Shown here: positions 26,625-37,897 of the stretch, piece after piece
Layout of the letters: each line of letters begins with the position of its first letter
How positions within the stretch are numbered: position 1 is the stretch's first letter
Origin: Desulfuromonadaceae bacterium
Lineage (GTDB): Bacteria; Desulfobacterota; Desulfuromonadia; Desulfuromonadales; SZUA-540
Length of the DNA stretch: 49,618 nt
Assembly (NCBI GenBank): GCA_003250235.1
Contig: QKGY01000088.1
Coordinates: 1 to 49,618 of the forward strand
Direction: 5' to 3'
Notes under the pieces: generated by a model
The model's input: the letters and a program-made list of their open reading frames with translations, nothing else
The model's database searches: none
What the model was told of the DNA's origin: nothing
Translations under genes and position numbers: made by a program

Positions 26625-27908
26625 ATGGACACCAAGTGGAAACTTGAAACTCTCGCCATTCAGGCAGGTTACAGCCCCAAGTCAACAGAGCCGAGAATCG
26701 TGCCGATCGTACAGAGCACCACGTACAAATACGACAGCGCGGAACATGTGGCCAAACTTTTTGATCTCGATCTTCCTGACCACATGTACACACGCATCAG
26801 CAACCCGACGACGTCTGCCTTTGAGGCGAAGATCGCCGCCATGGAAGGAGGCGTTGGGGCTCTCGCGACGTCAGCCGGTCAGGCCGCCTCCACCCTGTCG
26901 ATCCTGAATATCTGCCGATCCGGACAACACATCGTCGCTGCCAGCACCCTTTATGGCGGGACCTATTCCCTTTTTGCCAATACCCTGCCCAAAATGGGGA
27001 TCGAGGTCAGTTTCGTCGACCCGGAAGCCTCACTGGCCGATTTGAAAAGGCATTTTCGTCCTGAAACCCGCGCCATCTTTGCCGAAACCATTGGCAACCC
27101 CGGCCTCAATGTCCTCGATTTCGACAAATTCGCCGCCCTGGCCCGGGAGATGGAAGTACCGCTGATCATCGACAACACCTTTGGCACCCCCTACCTGTGC
27201 CGCCCCTTTGAACTCGGGGCCCACATCGTCATCCACTCGACGACCAAGTATATTGACGGGCATGCCACCAGCGTCGGCGGGGTGATTGTCGATGGCGGCA
27301 ACTTCGACTGGAATACCGGCAAATACCCGGAAATGACCGAACCGGACCCAAGCTACCACGGATTGCGTTATGTCGAGAAATTCGGGAATCTGGCTTATAT
27401 CATCAAAGCCCGCGTTCAGCTCATGCGTGACCTGGGAACAACCCCGGCGCCGATGAATTCCTTCCTCAACAACCTTGGGCTGGAAACCGTCGCGTTGCGC
27501 ATGGAAAGACACAGCGCCAACGCTCTGGAACTCGCCCATTATCTTGAAAAACACCCCTTAGTATCCTGGGTCAAATACCCCGGGCTTTCCAGCCACCCCA
27601 GCTATCCCCGCACCCAGAAGTACCTTCCCAAGGGAGCCAGCGGGGTCATGACCTTCGGCATCAAGGGTGGCAAAGAGGCCGGCATCAAATTCATGGAGAG
27701 TACCAAACTGATCGCCCTGGTTGTCCATGTCGGGGATGCCCGCTCCTGTGTCCTTCACCCTGCCAGTACGACTCACCGCCAGTTGACACCTGAGCAGCAG
27801 GTTGCCTCCGGGGTAACTCCCGATCTTATCCGTCTCTCCGTCGGTATCGAGCATATCGACGACATCATTGCCGATGTCGAGCAGGCGCTACAGGCCAGTC
27901 AAAAATAA
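26625..27908 (+). CDS. metY: O-acetylhomoserine sulfhydrylase (MetY/Met17 family), copy 1
   Basis: YTRISNPT, LYGGT, IDNT, HSTTKYIDGH (PLP Lys), HPASTTHRQL, IRLSVGIE. Confidence 0.9.
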   Translation: MDTKWKLETLAIQAGYSPKSTEPRIVPIVQSTTYKYDSAEHVAKLFDLDLPDHMYTRISNPTTSAFEAKIAAMEGGVGALATSAGQAASTLSILNICRSGQHIVAASTLYGGTYSLFANTLPKMGIEVSFVDPEASLADLKRHFRPETRAIFAETIGNPGLNVLDFDKFAALAREMEVPLIIDNTFGTPYLCRPFELGAHIVIHSTTKYIDGHATSVGGVIVDGGNFDWNTGKYPEMTEPDPSYHGLRYVEKFGNLAYIIKARVQLMRDLGTTPAPMNSFLNNLGLETVALRMERHSANALELAHYLEKHPLVSWVKYPGLSSHPSYPRTQKYLPKGASGVMTFGIKGGKEAGIKFMESTKLIALVVHVGDARSCVLHPASTTHRQLTPEQQVASGVTPDLIRLSVGIEHIDDIIADVEQALQASQK

Positions 27909-27930
27909 CCCACCAGTTCACGTCACTTTG

Positions 27931-27957
27931 AAGCGGGCCACTAGGCCCGCTTTTTTT
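27931..27957 (+). terminator. intrinsic terminator between the two metY copies
   Basis: AAGCGGGCC-acta-GGCCCGC then 7 T. Confidence 0.9.
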
Positions 27958-28034
27958 ATTTCCGCGTTCAAATTCCTGTTGATTTTACGGATTACACCTG
28001 ATAAACAGCATCACATTTCCTTATCGTTTCAATG

Positions 28035-28043
28035 TGGTATATT
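28035..28043 (+). promoter_or_regulatory. extended -10 promoter of metY copy 2
   Basis: TGgTATATT; implies a start near 28050 and a leader of about 85 nt. Confidence 0.55.
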
Positions 28044-28135
28044 GGAAACAAAAGGGAGAGTTCCTTTCGTAGTAACCAAAGGCAGGTCTGACAAACCTTA
28101 GCAGCACAAATGAATCCCTTATTTCGGAGGACGCT

Positions 28136-29422
28136 ATGTCTGAATCAAAACGAGGCATCGGCACCGCCGCGTTGCACGGTGGACAGAAACCGGATGCGGA
28201 AACTCACGCCAGGGCGGTACCTATTTACCAGACGACGTCCTATACGTTCGATTCCGCCGAACATGCGGCAGCACTCTTTTCCTTGCAAGAGCAGGGAAAT
28301 ATCTATACCCGCATCATGAACCCCACCACCGACGTCCTTGAACAGCGCCTGGCGGAAATGGACGGGGGGAGCGGAGCTTTGGCAGTGGCCTCGGGCTCAG
28401 CGGCCATCACCCTTGCCATCATCAATCTGGCCCGCTCCGGCGACAACATCATCTCCTCCAGTCACTTGTACGGGGGAACGTTCAATCTTTTTCATCACAC
28501 CCTCCCCCGTCTCGGCATCACCACGCGGTTCTTCGATCCCCTGGTGACGGATGGACTGGACGCCCTTATTGACGAGCAGACCCGCGGAATCTTCCTGGAG
28601 ACAATCCCCAACCCCAAGAACTGCGTCATCGACTTCGAGAAAATCGCGGCGATCGCCAAGAGGCATGGGGTTCCCCTGATCGTCGACAACACGGTGGCCA
28701 CCCCGGTGCTCTTCCGCCCGGCAGAACACGGCGCCAACATCATCTGCTATTCGCTGACCAAGTTCATGGGGGGGCACGGCACCAGCATCGGGGGCGCCGT
28801 CGTCGATGCCGGGAATTTCGACTGGGGCAATGGGCGCTTTGCGGAATTCACCACTCCCGATCCGAGCTATCACGGGCTTGCCTATTATCCCGCGCTGGGA
28901 AATCTTGCCTACATTCTGAAGATGCGCCTTACTCTTCTGCGGGACATGGGTCCCTGCATCTCGCCCTTCAATGCGTTTCAGATTCTTCAGGGGATCGAAA
29001 CCCTGCACGTCCGGATGGCCCGCCATTGCGAAAACGCCATGGAGCTTGCCAAACACCTACGGAATCATCCGGCGGTTTCCTGGGTCAATTACCCGGGGCT
29101 TTCTCAACACCCCGATTATGACCGGGCCCGCAAATACCTCCCGGATGGCCAGGGCGCCATCCTCGGCTTCGGAATCAAAGGGGGCCCCACTGCAGCCAGC
29201 AGGTTTATCAACGGGGTTTCCCTGGCCAGCCACCTCGCCAACATCGGTGACGCCAAAACCCTGGTCATCCATCCGGCCACCACGACGCATCAGCAGTTGA
29301 CCGAAGACGAACAACTGGCGGCAGGGGTAACCCCCGATTACATCCGCGTATCCGTTGGCATAGAGAACATCGAAGATATCATCAAAGACTTCGATCAGGC
29401 CCTTGATGCCGCCTCACGCTGA
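28136..29422 (+). CDS. metY: O-acetylhomoserine sulfhydrylase (MetY/Met17 family), copy 2
   Basis: [49 protein letters not shown]. Confidence 0.92.
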   Translation: MSESKRGIGTAALHGGQKPDAETHARAVPIYQTTSYTFDSAEHAAALFSLQEQGNIYTRIMNPTTDVLEQRLAEMDGGSGALAVASGSAAITLAIINLARSGDNIISSSHLYGGTFNLFHHTLPRLGITTRFFDPLVTDGLDALIDEQTRGIFLETIPNPKNCVIDFEKIAAIAKRHGVPLIVDNTVATPVLFRPAEHGANIICYSLTKFMGGHGTSIGGAVVDAGNFDWGNGRFAEFTTPDPSYHGLAYYPALGNLAYILKMRLTLLRDMGPCISPFNAFQILQGIETLHVRMARHCENAMELAKHLRNHPAVSWVNYPGLSQHPDYDRARKYLPDGQGAILGFGIKGGPTAASRFINGVSLASHLANIGDAKTLVIHPATTTHQQLTEDEQLAAGVTPDYIRVSVGIENIEDIIKDFDQALDAASR

Positions 29423-29441
29423 AGGGATCGTACAATCTCCC

Positions 29442-29470
29442 AAAGGGCCGGTATTCAACCGGCCCTTTTT
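29442..29470 (+). terminator. intrinsic terminator
   Basis: AAAGGGCCGGT-attca-ACCGGCCCTTTTT. Confidence 0.88.
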
Positions 29471-29539
29471 ATTGCCATTCTCCCCCGTGCATGGTAAGCT
29501 CCTGCCGCCTAACCAGATTCCCGTCTCAGAAGATTCTCC

Positions 29540-30421
29540 ATGAAAAAGCGTGCTACAAAAAATATCCTTGAATACCTGCTCTTTCTCCCCCTGGCATTTC
29601 TTGCCAGGGTACTTCCACGGGATCTGGCTTTGTGGGTCGGGTCGCAGCTCGGCTGGATCAGCCAGTTCGTCCTGCCAAAACGAAAAAGGCAGGCTCGGAT
29701 CAATTTGCAGCAGGCTTTTCCCGAGATGGGAGAAAAAGACCTTGCGACAACCGTTACCAAAATGTTCCGCCATCTGGGCAAGAGCGGCATGGAAATGCTG
29801 CAAATGGAACAATTCAAGAGTGACGACGACCTGAAGTATTTCCACTTCCACGGCATAGAAAATCTGCGTGAAGCCCAGGCCCTTGGCAAAGGGCTCTTTA
29901 TCCTCACCGGACATCTCGGCTTCTGGGAGGTAGGCACCTTCTTTCTGCCGAAGCTGGGAATCCCGGTAGATTTCGTGGCCAAGCGGATGAAGAATCCGTA
30001 TATAGATGCCTACTTCAAACGGCTTCGTGAATCGGGGGGAGGACAGGTCATCGAGGCCAAGCACGGTGCACGACGCATTGTCAAAGCCCTGGCCGAAAAC
30101 AGGGCTGTCGCCATCCTGCTCGACCAACACATCTCACCGCCTGCAGGCGTCCGGGTCAATTTTTTCGGCAGGCCGGCCTACACAACGCCGATCATCTCCC
30201 AGATTGCCATGAAACAGGGAACCCCCATCGTTCCCAGTTTTTCCTACCGCCGGGACGACAATCGCTATGACATCTATTTCGGATCAATGATCGTTTTCGA
30301 AAAAGAGGCGGGAGAAGAGGCGATTCTGCGCAATACCCAAGTATTGACGGACCAGATAGAGGCTGCCGTGAGAAAAGAAATCACCCAGTGGTTCTGGGTG
30401 CACAAACGCTGGCGTCAATAA
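29540..30421 (+). CDS. lipid A late acyltransferase (LpxL/HtrB family)
   Basis: TGHLGFWE (HxxxxE), LLDQH, FFGRPA, QWFWVHKRW. Confidence 0.9.
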   Translation: MKKRATKNILEYLLFLPLAFLARVLPRDLALWVGSQLGWISQFVLPKRKRQARINLQQAFPEMGEKDLATTVTKMFRHLGKSGMEMLQMEQFKSDDDLKYFHFHGIENLREAQALGKGLFILTGHLGFWEVGTFFLPKLGIPVDFVAKRMKNPYIDAYFKRLRESGGGQVIEAKHGARRIVKALAENRAVAILLDQHISPPAGVRVNFFGRPAYTTPIISQIAMKQGTPIVPSFSYRRDDNRYDIYFGSMIVFEKEAGEEAILRNTQVLTDQIEAAVRKEITQWFWVHKRWRQ

Positions 30422-30452
30422 TGTCCCCGCCGCACAGGCTCTGCTTTCGGAA

Positions 30453-30935
30453 ATGACCGTCGTGATACCGCCCATCCCTTTCAACATTGTCCTGATCGAA
30501 CCGGAGATCCCTCCCAACACCGGCAATATCGCCCGGATGTGCGCCGCAACGGGTACCATCCTGCACTTGGTGGGAAAGCTCGGTTTTTCACTGGACGACA
30601 AACATCTCAAACGGGCGGGTCTGGATTACTGGCCTGCCGTCTCTCTGCGACGCTGGCAGTGTCTGGAAGAACTCCAGGCGGCCAATCCTCAAGGCCGCTG
30701 GTGGTTTACCTCCAAGAAAGCCGCTCGGAGCTACGTCGAGGCTGATTTTAAAGAGGGAGATTTCATCGTATTCGGGAAGGAAACCCAGGGGCTGGAGGAG
30801 AGTCTTCTGGAACAGTATCGGGACAGGGCTATCCGTATTCCGATCTTCTCCCAGGAAGTTCGCAGCCTGAACCTTTCCACCTCCGCGGGCATCGTTCTGT
30901 ACGAAGCCCTTCGCCAGAACGGCCGACTCACCTGA
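30453..30935 (+). CDS. trmL: tRNA (cytidine/uridine-34 2'-O)-methyltransferase
   Basis: PEIPPNTGNIAR, RAGLDYW, FGKET, RSLNLS SPOUT motifs. Confidence 0.93.
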   Translation: MTVVIPPIPFNIVLIEPEIPPNTGNIARMCAATGTILHLVGKLGFSLDDKHLKRAGLDYWPAVSLRRWQCLEELQAANPQGRWWFTSKKAARSYVEADFKEGDFIVFGKETQGLEESLLEQYRDRAIRIPIFSQEVRSLNLSTSAGIVLYEALRQNGRLT

Positions 30936-31010
30936 TTGCTCCCACACGCCAGTCAATCGCCTAGAGGTGTTTTGGGTCTCTGCAGGCCAGCGCCGAGACC
31001 GGTAGCACAA

Positions 31011-31574
31011 TCAGTCCTGTGCGAAGAGATGCCCCTGTTCCTCCGTGCCGAGGTCTTGGATAGCGTCGCCGATCGCCCTTTCCAGAAGAAGCAGCTTCTG
31101 CTTGGTAGCAAGCCCCTGCCCACCGGAATACCCCGTTAAAGCCCCGGAACGACCGATCACCCGATGACAGGGGATGACGATCGGAAACGGATTGGCGGCC
31201 ATCACCCGCCCCACGGCCCGAGCGGCGCCAGGATGTCCAGCCATCACGGCCAGCTCACCGTACGAGAGGGTTCGTCCATAATCCACCGTCTGCAGGGCGC
31301 GAAGCACATACTCGGAGAAGGGCGACAGGGCTGAAAAATCCAGCAGCAAGTCAAAATGTTTTCGTACACCCCGGAAATAAGCATCCAGTTGCGACATCGC
31401 CTGAATAAGCTGCGGATCATCCCCTCCAGGGGTCGCATCGGGAAAACTCTCGAAAAGGCTTTCCTGCACAATGGCCGGGTCTGCATGAATGAGCATCATC
31501 CGCAGACCTTTCTCCCCGGCGACAAGCCCGATTACTCCTACGGGAGACGTCCAGAGTTCAACATGCCACGCCAT
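31011..31574 (-). CDS. ogt: methylated-DNA-protein-cysteine methyltransferase
   Basis: SYGELA, ARAVG, IPCHRV, GYSGG. Confidence 0.92.
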   Translation of the reverse strand: MAWHVELWTSPVGVIGLVAGEKGLRMMLIHADPAIVQESLFESFPDATPGGDDPQLIQAMSQLDAYFRGVRKHFDLLLDFSALSPFSEYVLRALQTVDYGRTLSYGELAVMAGHPGAARAVGRVMAANPFPIVIPCHRVIGRSGALTGYSGGQGLATKQKLLLLERAIGDAIQDLGTEEQGHLFAQD

Positions 31575-31590
31575 TGCCCAACGATTCCTT

Positions 31591-33162
31591 TCACGCTCTC
31601 CGCAGGATTTTTTTACGCAGCAGCCCGTACAGATCCGAAGCCTCCGGAATTCGCATCGCCATGCAACCGAGGGCATAGACCAGCACGCCCGCACAGACTG
31701 CGGCAACGAGGATGACGGCCTTCATGCCATGGTTCCCCATGGCGGACCAGGTCCCGAACTGCAGCACGTACCACACCGTTGCGGCCATCACAGCACTGAC
31801 GGGAATCAGGCGGAGAAAGGTCAGAAACACGGGCTTCAACCCAAGGCGCCCGTAACGGCGCCGCAGCGCCCACACCAGAAGGATACAATTGAACACGGAA
31901 GACAGAGTCAAAGCCAAAGCCAACCCGAGATGCTTCATCGGCCCCATCAGGGCCAGACCGAGCCCGGCATTGACCAAAAGGGTCCAGAACGAGATCCACA
32001 CCGGCGTCCGTGTATTTTTCATCGCATAAAACGCCGGAACGATCACCCGGCTCGCGCCGACAAAGAGGAGCCCTGGAGCATAGAACGCCAAAGCCAGGGC
32101 GGATTGGCGAACATCCTCGTACGAAAACTTGCCGGACATGAAAAAAAGACTGAAAACCGGTTGGGAACAGAGCATCAGGCCGAGAGCGGCCGGAATGGTA
32201 ATCAGTCCGATCAGGACCAGAGCAAAACGCAGGGACTCTTTGAGCCCATCCGTATCGCCAAGAGCGGCCTGCCGGCTCATCGAAGGCAAAACTGCCTGGG
32301 CCAGAGAAACAATAAATATGCCCTGGGGGAACTCGAACAGCCGTTGCCCGTAATACAGGAAAGAGACGCTTCCCTCCGGAAGAAAAGAGGCGAGCAGCCG
32401 GGTGACAACAACATTAATCTGGTAGATGGCCACGCCTGCTATACCCGGAAGCATCAGGGTGGCGATACGACGAACGGCAGGGTGCCGGAAATTGGCATTA
32501 AACCGAAGGCGGACTCCGACGCTCTTCAGTACAGGGATCTGGATGACGAACTGAACGATACCACCGAGCAGGACGCCGACAGCCAGGGCCGTGATCGGGA
32601 CGTCAAAGGATGAAGAGAAAAACAACGCACAGAGGATCATGCAGAGGTTGAGGAATAACGGGGATAGCGAGGGCCAGAAATACTTACCGAAGACATTGAG
32701 AATCCCCGTTACCAGCGCCAGCAGGCTGACAAAGAAGATGTACGGGAACATGATGCGGTTCAGATGATCGGTCAGAGCCAGCTTTCCTTCCACGGCGCTG
32801 AATCCGAATCCGATCCCTTTCACGATAAGGGGCGAACCCAGCACGCCGGCAAGCATAACCACAGCCAGTACCAGCATCAGGAGAGTCCAGCAGATAGAGG
32901 CGACCTTGCGAGCTTCGTCCGCCCCCTGTTTATGAAGGACATCCGAAAATGTAGGCACGAAGGCCGCCGTCAGGGAGCCTTCCGCAAAAAAGCGGCGGAG
33001 CAGATTGGGGATGGTAAAGGCCATAAAGAAGGCGTCAGTAGCAAAACCGGCTCCGAATATACCGGCGACCACCATATCACGGATAAGACCGGCAACACGG
33101 CTCAACCCTGTCGCCACTCCCATGACACTCGTCGCTTTTGATATACGCGCTTTTTCAGACAT
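31591..33162 (-). CDS. murJ: lipid II flippase MurJ
   Basis: SRVAGLIRD, IPNLLRRFFAEGSL, QRLFEFPQG, FYAMKNTRTP. Confidence 0.96.
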   Translation of the reverse strand: MSEKARISKATSVMGVATGLSRVAGLIRDMVVAGIFGAGFATDAFFMAFTIPNLLRRFFAEGSLTAAFVPTFSDVLHKQGADEARKVASICWTLLMLVLAVVMLAGVLGSPLIVKGIGFGFSAVEGKLALTDHLNRIMFPYIFFVSLLALVTGILNVFGKYFWPSLSPLFLNLCMILCALFFSSSFDVPITALAVGVLLGGIVQFVIQIPVLKSVGVRLRFNANFRHPAVRRIATLMLPGIAGVAIYQINVVVTRLLASFLPEGSVSFLYYGQRLFEFPQGIFIVSLAQAVLPSMSRQAALGDTDGLKESLRFALVLIGLITIPAALGLMLCSQPVFSLFFMSGKFSYEDVRQSALALAFYAPGLLFVGASRVIVPAFYAMKNTRTPVWISFWTLLVNAGLGLALMGPMKHLGLALALTLSSVFNCILLVWALRRRYGRLGLKPVFLTFLRLIPVSAVMAATVWYVLQFGTWSAMGNHGMKAVILVAAVCAGVLVYALGCMAMRIPEASDLYGLLRKKILRRA

Positions 33163-33337
33163 GGTCAGAAGCTTTATCACAGGTGAAAAAAAGAAACAAT
33201 TCCCCAAACCGATTCAAAGGCGGCAAAACCGATATACGGAATTAATTCCATGTATTATTTTTGTCTAATCCATCTCGATACGACGATAAGGCACTGTTTT
33301 AGTAGTGTTTTTGTATTGTGATTAATATTTTTTTATC

Positions 33338-33366
33338 TTGACAGCCGCCAAATGGGGTGCTATAAA
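33338..33366 (+). promoter_or_regulatory. sigma70 promoter of rpsT
   Basis: TTGACA-17nt-TATAAA with TG extension. Confidence 0.85.
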
Positions 33367-33419
33367 CGTTGCGCTGAATCAGACTATAAAGGCCCACCAA
33401 GAATACGGAGGATAGAACC

Positions 33420-33683
33420 TTGGCAAATCACAAATCGGCATTAAAAAGAAATCGTCAGAACGCTGTCCGCAATGCTCGCAACACCCATATCCGCTCGACC
33501 ATGAGAACTTTCGTCAAGAAAGTACGTGAGTCCGTCGCTGCCGGCGATGCCGCTGCTGCCAAAGCAGCCCTGGAACAAGCCGTTCCTCTCATTGACAAGG
33601 CATCGACCAAGGGTGTTATTCATAAAGCAACGGCCAGCCGTAAAATCTCCCGTCTGGCCAAGTTGGTCAACTCCTTGGGCTAG
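33420..33683 (+). CDS. rpsT: 30S ribosomal protein S20
   Basis: [10 protein letters not shown]...KGVIHK...ASRKISRL; TTG start after GGAGG. Confidence 0.98.
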   Translation: MANHKSALKRNRQNAVRNARNTHIRSTMRTFVKKVRESVAAGDAAAAKAALEQAVPLIDKASTKGVIHKATASRKISRLAKLVNSLG

Positions 33684-33705
33684 TTTTTCCAAGGGTGTCT
33701 TTTCG

Positions 33706-33734
33706 AAAAAAGGGGGGCTTGGCCCCCCTTTTTT
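33706..33734. terminator. bidirectional terminator rpsT/holA
   Basis: AAAAAAGGGGGGC-ttg-GCCCCCCTTTTTT. Confidence 0.92.
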
Positions 33735-33760
33735 ATTGCAAATCTCCCGCCCCGATCCGG

Positions 33761-34753
33761 TTATTCCGCAACCAGATTTAAAACAAGTTCCTCCATGAGA
33801 GCTTCGGCATCTGCTCCGCTCGATTTGAGAGCGAGATCGGTATGAAGGAACAGTTCGAAAATACGACGAAATTGTCGTGCGGAAAATCTCCCAGCCTGAC
33901 GGATCAGGCCATCGGCAAAATAAGGGTTGACGCCAACCTGTCGCGGTATATCCTTTCGAGCCACGTTCTGATTCAACAACTCCTGAATTTTCCAGAGCTG
34001 ACGATAGTGTCGGGTCAGCATGGACAGAATCAGCAGGGACGCTGTGCCCTCGTCATGCAACCGTCTAAGCAGACGAAGGGCTTCGGCAGCGTTACGATTG
34101 CCCAACGCATTGGTCAGATCAAAAACGCTTTCCACGCGCGTATCGGAAACCACCGCTCGTACGTCTGCGACATCGATCAGGTCCGCCTTGCCCAGATAAC
34201 CGTATAACTTAGTTAATTCGCCATCGATTTCCTGGAGATTGTTGCTGACGCGCCGGCAGAACAGGGCCATCCCCTCTTCCGTAAAGGATTTTCCGGCAGA
34301 TCGGGCGTGCTCTCTGACAAACGCGGGAATCTGGTTGTCGTACGGCTGTTTGAACTCAACCAGTTCCCCGTTTTTTTTGAATTCCTGGAAAAATTTTTTT
34401 CGTCCGTCGATTTTATCGGCGACAAATACCAGGATTGTCTCATCCACAGGATGTTGCAGGTATGGGAGCAATTGGTCGAGCTGACCGGCAGAGAGATTTT
34501 GTGCATCCTTGACGACAATCAAGCGATGAGAAGCGAAGACAGGAAACGTGCGGGCCGTATCCACAAGGGTCTCAACCAGAACGTCCTTTCCGTAGAAAAT
34601 ATTAAAGTTGAAATCCCGTGCATCGGCAGGTACAAGGAAATCGCGAAGGCGTTCCAGGCTGCGATCCCGCAGGTAGGTTTCCTCGCCATACAAAAACAGC
34701 AGGGTGGGAATTTGTCCCTGGTCGAGAGCGCGGTTCAGTTCGGTAGGGGTCAT
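33761..34753 (-). CDS. holA: DNA polymerase III delta subunit
   Basis: LYGEETYL, ARTFPVF, ELTKL, VFDL, DLALKS; leuS-lptE-holA order. Confidence 0.93.
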   Translation of the reverse strand: MTPTELNRALDQGQIPTLLFLYGEETYLRDRSLERLRDFLVPADARDFNFNIFYGKDVLVETLVDTARTFPVFASHRLIVVKDAQNLSAGQLDQLLPYLQHPVDETILVFVADKIDGRKKFFQEFKKNGELVEFKQPYDNQIPAFVREHARSAGKSFTEEGMALFCRRVSNNLQEIDGELTKLYGYLGKADLIDVADVRAVVSDTRVESVFDLTNALGNRNAAEALRLLRRLHDEGTASLLILSMLTRHYRQLWKIQELLNQNVARKDIPRQVGVNPYFADGLIRQAGRFSARQFRRIFELFLHTDLALKSSGADAEALMEELVLNLVAE

Positions 34754-34772
34754 AGCCGTGGCCTGTTATCGG

Positions 34773-35285
34773 CTAGAAATTATCCAGAATCCGGAAATAG
34801 AGTTCTTCCGCCAGCCGTTCGGCAATCAGTTGCTGCGCAGCAGTTTCCCTGTCGTCCTGGATGCTCTTGTCCGGGTCCGTTCGATATTCGTCATTCCACG
34901 ACACGGTTCCCTTCCACAGAGCCTTGCCGTCGGATGCCCTTCGCAACGTCGCAGCCACGGAGATGTCCGCGCGGTACTCGGTAATGTTATCCTGCGCGTT
35001 ATAGGAAATGGCCGTGGTGGAATAACTGGTCACCGTTCCCGTCAGGACCAGATCAGCAGCATTCCAATTTTCAACAATATCGAGCTCCGGTTTCCGAGCA
35101 AAGCGGGCAACAACCGCATTGGTGACCAGATCCTCGAGGTAAGGCTCGTGAGTGCGGTTTTCAAAGAGATCGACATAGAGGGAGGTCCCGCCTTGCGGGA
35201 GACCTCCCTCTCTCTCTGAAAAACGGTACCCGCACCCTGGGATTACCAGCAGCAAACAAACTATTGCGAGGAGCCAACGCCTCAT
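34773..35285 (-). CDS. lptE: LPS assembly lipoprotein LptE
   Basis: Lipobox PGC-GY, FENRT-x-EP; between leuS and holA. Confidence 0.88.
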   Translation of the reverse strand: MRRWLLAIVCLLLVIPGCGYRFSEREGGLPQGGTSLYVDLFENRTHEPYLEDLVTNAVVARFARKPELDIVENWNAADLVLTGTVTSYSTTAISYNAQDNITEYRADISVAATLRRASDGKALWKGTVSWNDEYRTDPDKSIQDDRETAAQQLIAERLAEELYFRILDNF

Positions 35286-37837
35286 GCAACCACCACGCTG
35301 ACCAGACGACCAGGTACGACAACAATCTTCTTGATGGCCTTGCCCTCAATGAAGCGGGCAACATTCTCCTCGAGCACAGCCGCCTTCTTGATGTCGTCTT
35401 CAGAGGCATCGGCGGTTATGGTAATCTTGCCGCGGACTTTTCCGTTCACCTGGACCACGATGAGTTTTTCGTCTTCAACAAGCGCCTGCTCATCCACAAC
35501 AGGCCACCCTTTGTCCAAAAGACTGACCGAATGGCCGAGCACGCTCCACAGCTCTTCGGTGATATGGGGGACAAACGGGGAGAGAAGACGAAGGACCGTT
35601 TCAAGAGCTTCGCGCAAGGCTCCAGGATATTTTTCCTTTTCATCTATGCCGTAAATAGCATTGACGAGCTCCATGACAGCGGCGATAGCGGTGTTAAAGT
35701 GGAATCTGCCGTCAATATCCTCCGTCACCTTTTTGATCGTACGATGGGTAACACGGCGAAGGGCCTTGGCGGCCCCTTCGGTCTCAGGGGAACCGGAGCC
35801 ACCCTGCAGGAGTTCAAGATTCTCGTAGACAGCACGCCAGACCCTGCCCAAAAACCGATAACACCCCTCGACCCCCTGGTCGTTCCATTCCAAGTCTTTT
35901 TCGGGAGGTGCAGCGAAAAGAGTAAAAAGCCGCGCCGTATCAGCACCGTAGTGAGCGATGAGATTGTCGGGGTCGACAACGTTTTTCTTCGACTTGCTCA
36001 TCTTTTCAATGCGCCCGATTTTCGTTTCGGACTGACACCGGGAGCACTTGCCGTCAATGACTTCCTCGGGATAAAGCCAGCCATGCTGCGGGCAGGAGCG
36101 CGTCTCCATGCACACCATTCCCTGTGTCAGCAGGTTGGTGAACGGCTCGGAGACATCCATCATTCCCAGATCTCTCATGACCTTGGTGAAGAAGCGCGCA
36201 TAGAGCAGATGCATGACCGCGTGCTCGATGCCGCCGATGTACTGATCAACCGGAAGCCAGTATTCCGCCGCTTGTTTGTCTACAGGCGCAGAAGGGAAAT
36301 CGGGGCAGGCATAGCGGGCGAAATACCAGGAGCTCTCGACAAAAGTATCAAAGGTATCGCATTCCCGGCGGGCCACTTCGCCACACTGGGGACAGGTCAC
36401 CCGCACAAACTCCTGGTTTTTCGCCAGGGGACTCCCCCCCTCGCCGGTAAACTCGACATCCGTCGGCAGCACGACGGGAAGATCCTGTTCCGGTACGGGC
36501 ACGACGCCACACACATCGCAATAGATGATGGGGATCGGAGTCCCCCAATAGCGTTGCCGTGAAACCCCCCAGTCCCGAAGCCGGTAATTGACAGTCTTCT
36601 GACCGATCCCTTCCTTGTGAAGATAATCGGCAATTTTCTCTTTGGCCTCTTCATTGGCCAGGCCGTCAAATGCCCCGGAATTCACCATGCGCCCCGGACC
36701 GGTCCAGGCCTCTGCCATGGCCTCGGGGTTCAGAGAATCTCCCTCCGGTTGAATAACCACAACCTTGGGAAGGTCATATTTGGATGCGAACTCAAAATCA
36801 CGCTGGTCATGGGTCGGAACGGCCATGACCGCGCCTGTGCCGTAATCCATCAGGACAAAGTTGGCAAGAAAGATCGGCATACGCTGTTTACTGACGGGAT
36901 TGATACAGTAAGCCCCTGTAAACACGCCTTCTTTTTCGAAATCCTCACTGGTCCTCTTGATCTTGTCCTGCTTTTTGACCTTTGTGATAAAGGCTTCGAC
37001 ATCCTGGCGCCTATCAGGCGTCACGATCTCAAGAGCCAGAGGATGCTCAGGGGCCAGACTCATGAAAGTGGCGCCGAAAAGAGTATCCTGCCGGGTCGTA
37101 AAAACCCGGATCTTTTTCATGGAGCCTTCCATCGGAAAATCGATCTCGCAACCGGTGCTGCGTCCGATCCAGTTTCGCTGCATGATCAGAACCGGCTCGG
37201 GCCACCCTTTGAGATCCTCCATGCAGTCCAGAAGTTCCTGAGCGTATTCGGTCGTCTTGAAAAACCACTGTTCCAGTTCTTTCGGAGTTACCTCACTGTC
37301 GCAGCGCCAGCAACAGCCGTCCTCAACCTGCTCATTGGCCAGAACGGTCTGGCATTGGGGACACCAGTTAACGGAAGAACTCTTTTTGTAAGCCAGCCCT
37401 TTTTCAAACATTTTGAGAAAAATGAGCTGCTCCCACTTGTAGTAATCGACATTGCAGGTAGCCAGTTCACGATCCCAATCGTAGGAAAGTCCCATTTTCT
37501 TGAGCTGGGAGCGCATATTGGCGATATTTTCATAAGTCCACTTGGCCGGGTGGGTACCGTGCTGGATGGCGGCATTCTCTGCGGGCATACCAAAGGCATC
37601 CCATCCCATGGGATGAAGGACATTGTAGCCTTGCATTCTTTTGAAACGCGCAACCACGTCCCCGATGGAATAGTTGCGTACATGCCCCATATGAATACGG
37701 CCCGAGGGATACGGGAACATTTCAAGCAGGTAATATTTCGGTTTGTCGGAATTTTCACCGACCTTGAACGTCTTTTCCTCTTCCCACTTCTTTTGCCATT
37801 TGCTCTCCAGAGCCGTGGCGTTATAGCGCTCTTCCAT
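35282..37837 (-). CDS. leuS: leucine--tRNA ligase
   Basis: MFPYPSG, HMGH, editing domain [21 protein letters not shown]; GGAGG RBS before ATG 37837. Confidence 0.98.
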   Translation of the reverse strand: MEERYNATALESKWQKKWEEEKTFKVGENSDKPKYYLLEMFPYPSGRIHMGHVRNYSIGDVVARFKRMQGYNVLHPMGWDAFGMPAENAAIQHGTHPAKWTYENIANMRSQLKKMGLSYDWDRELATCNVDYYKWEQLIFLKMFEKGLAYKKSSSVNWCPQCQTVLANEQVEDGCCWRCDSEVTPKELEQWFFKTTEYAQELLDCMEDLKGWPEPVLIMQRNWIGRSTGCEIDFPMEGSMKKIRVFTTRQDTLFGATFMSLAPEHPLALEIVTPDRRQDVEAFITKVKKQDKIKRTSEDFEKEGVFTGAYCINPVSKQRMPIFLANFVLMDYGTGAVMAVPTHDQRDFEFASKYDLPKVVVIQPEGDSLNPEAMAEAWTGPGRMVNSGAFDGLANEEAKEKIADYLHKEGIGQKTVNYRLRDWGVSRQRYWGTPIPIIYCDVCGVVPVPEQDLPVVLPTDVEFTGEGGSPLAKNQEFVRVTCPQCGEVARRECDTFDTFVESSWYFARYACPDFPSAPVDKQAAEYWLPVDQYIGGIEHAVMHLLYARFFTKVMRDLGMMDVSEPFTNLLTQGMVCMETRSCPQHGWLYPEEVIDGKCSRCQSETKIGRIEKMSKSKKNVVDPDNLIAHYGADTARLFTLFAAPPEKDLEWNDQGVEGCYRFLGRVWRAVYENLELLQGGSGSPETEGAAKALRRVTHRTIKKVTEDIDGRFHFNTAIAAVMELVNAIYGIDEKEKYPGALREALETVLRLLSPFVPHITEELWSVLGHSVSLLDKGWPVVDEQALVEDEKLIVVQVNGKVRGKITITADASEDDIKKAAVLEENVARFIEGKAIKKIVVVPGRLVSVVVA

Positions 37838-37866
37838 AGTGCCTCCGCAGCTGATGCCGCAACCAG

Positions 37867-37897
37867 AAAAAACAGGAATACCGGCAAGCGCCGGTAT
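37867..37897 (-). terminator. terminator-like hairpin between infA and leuS
   Basis: ATACCGGC-gctt-GCCGGTAT then TCCTGTTTTTT. Confidence 0.55.
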
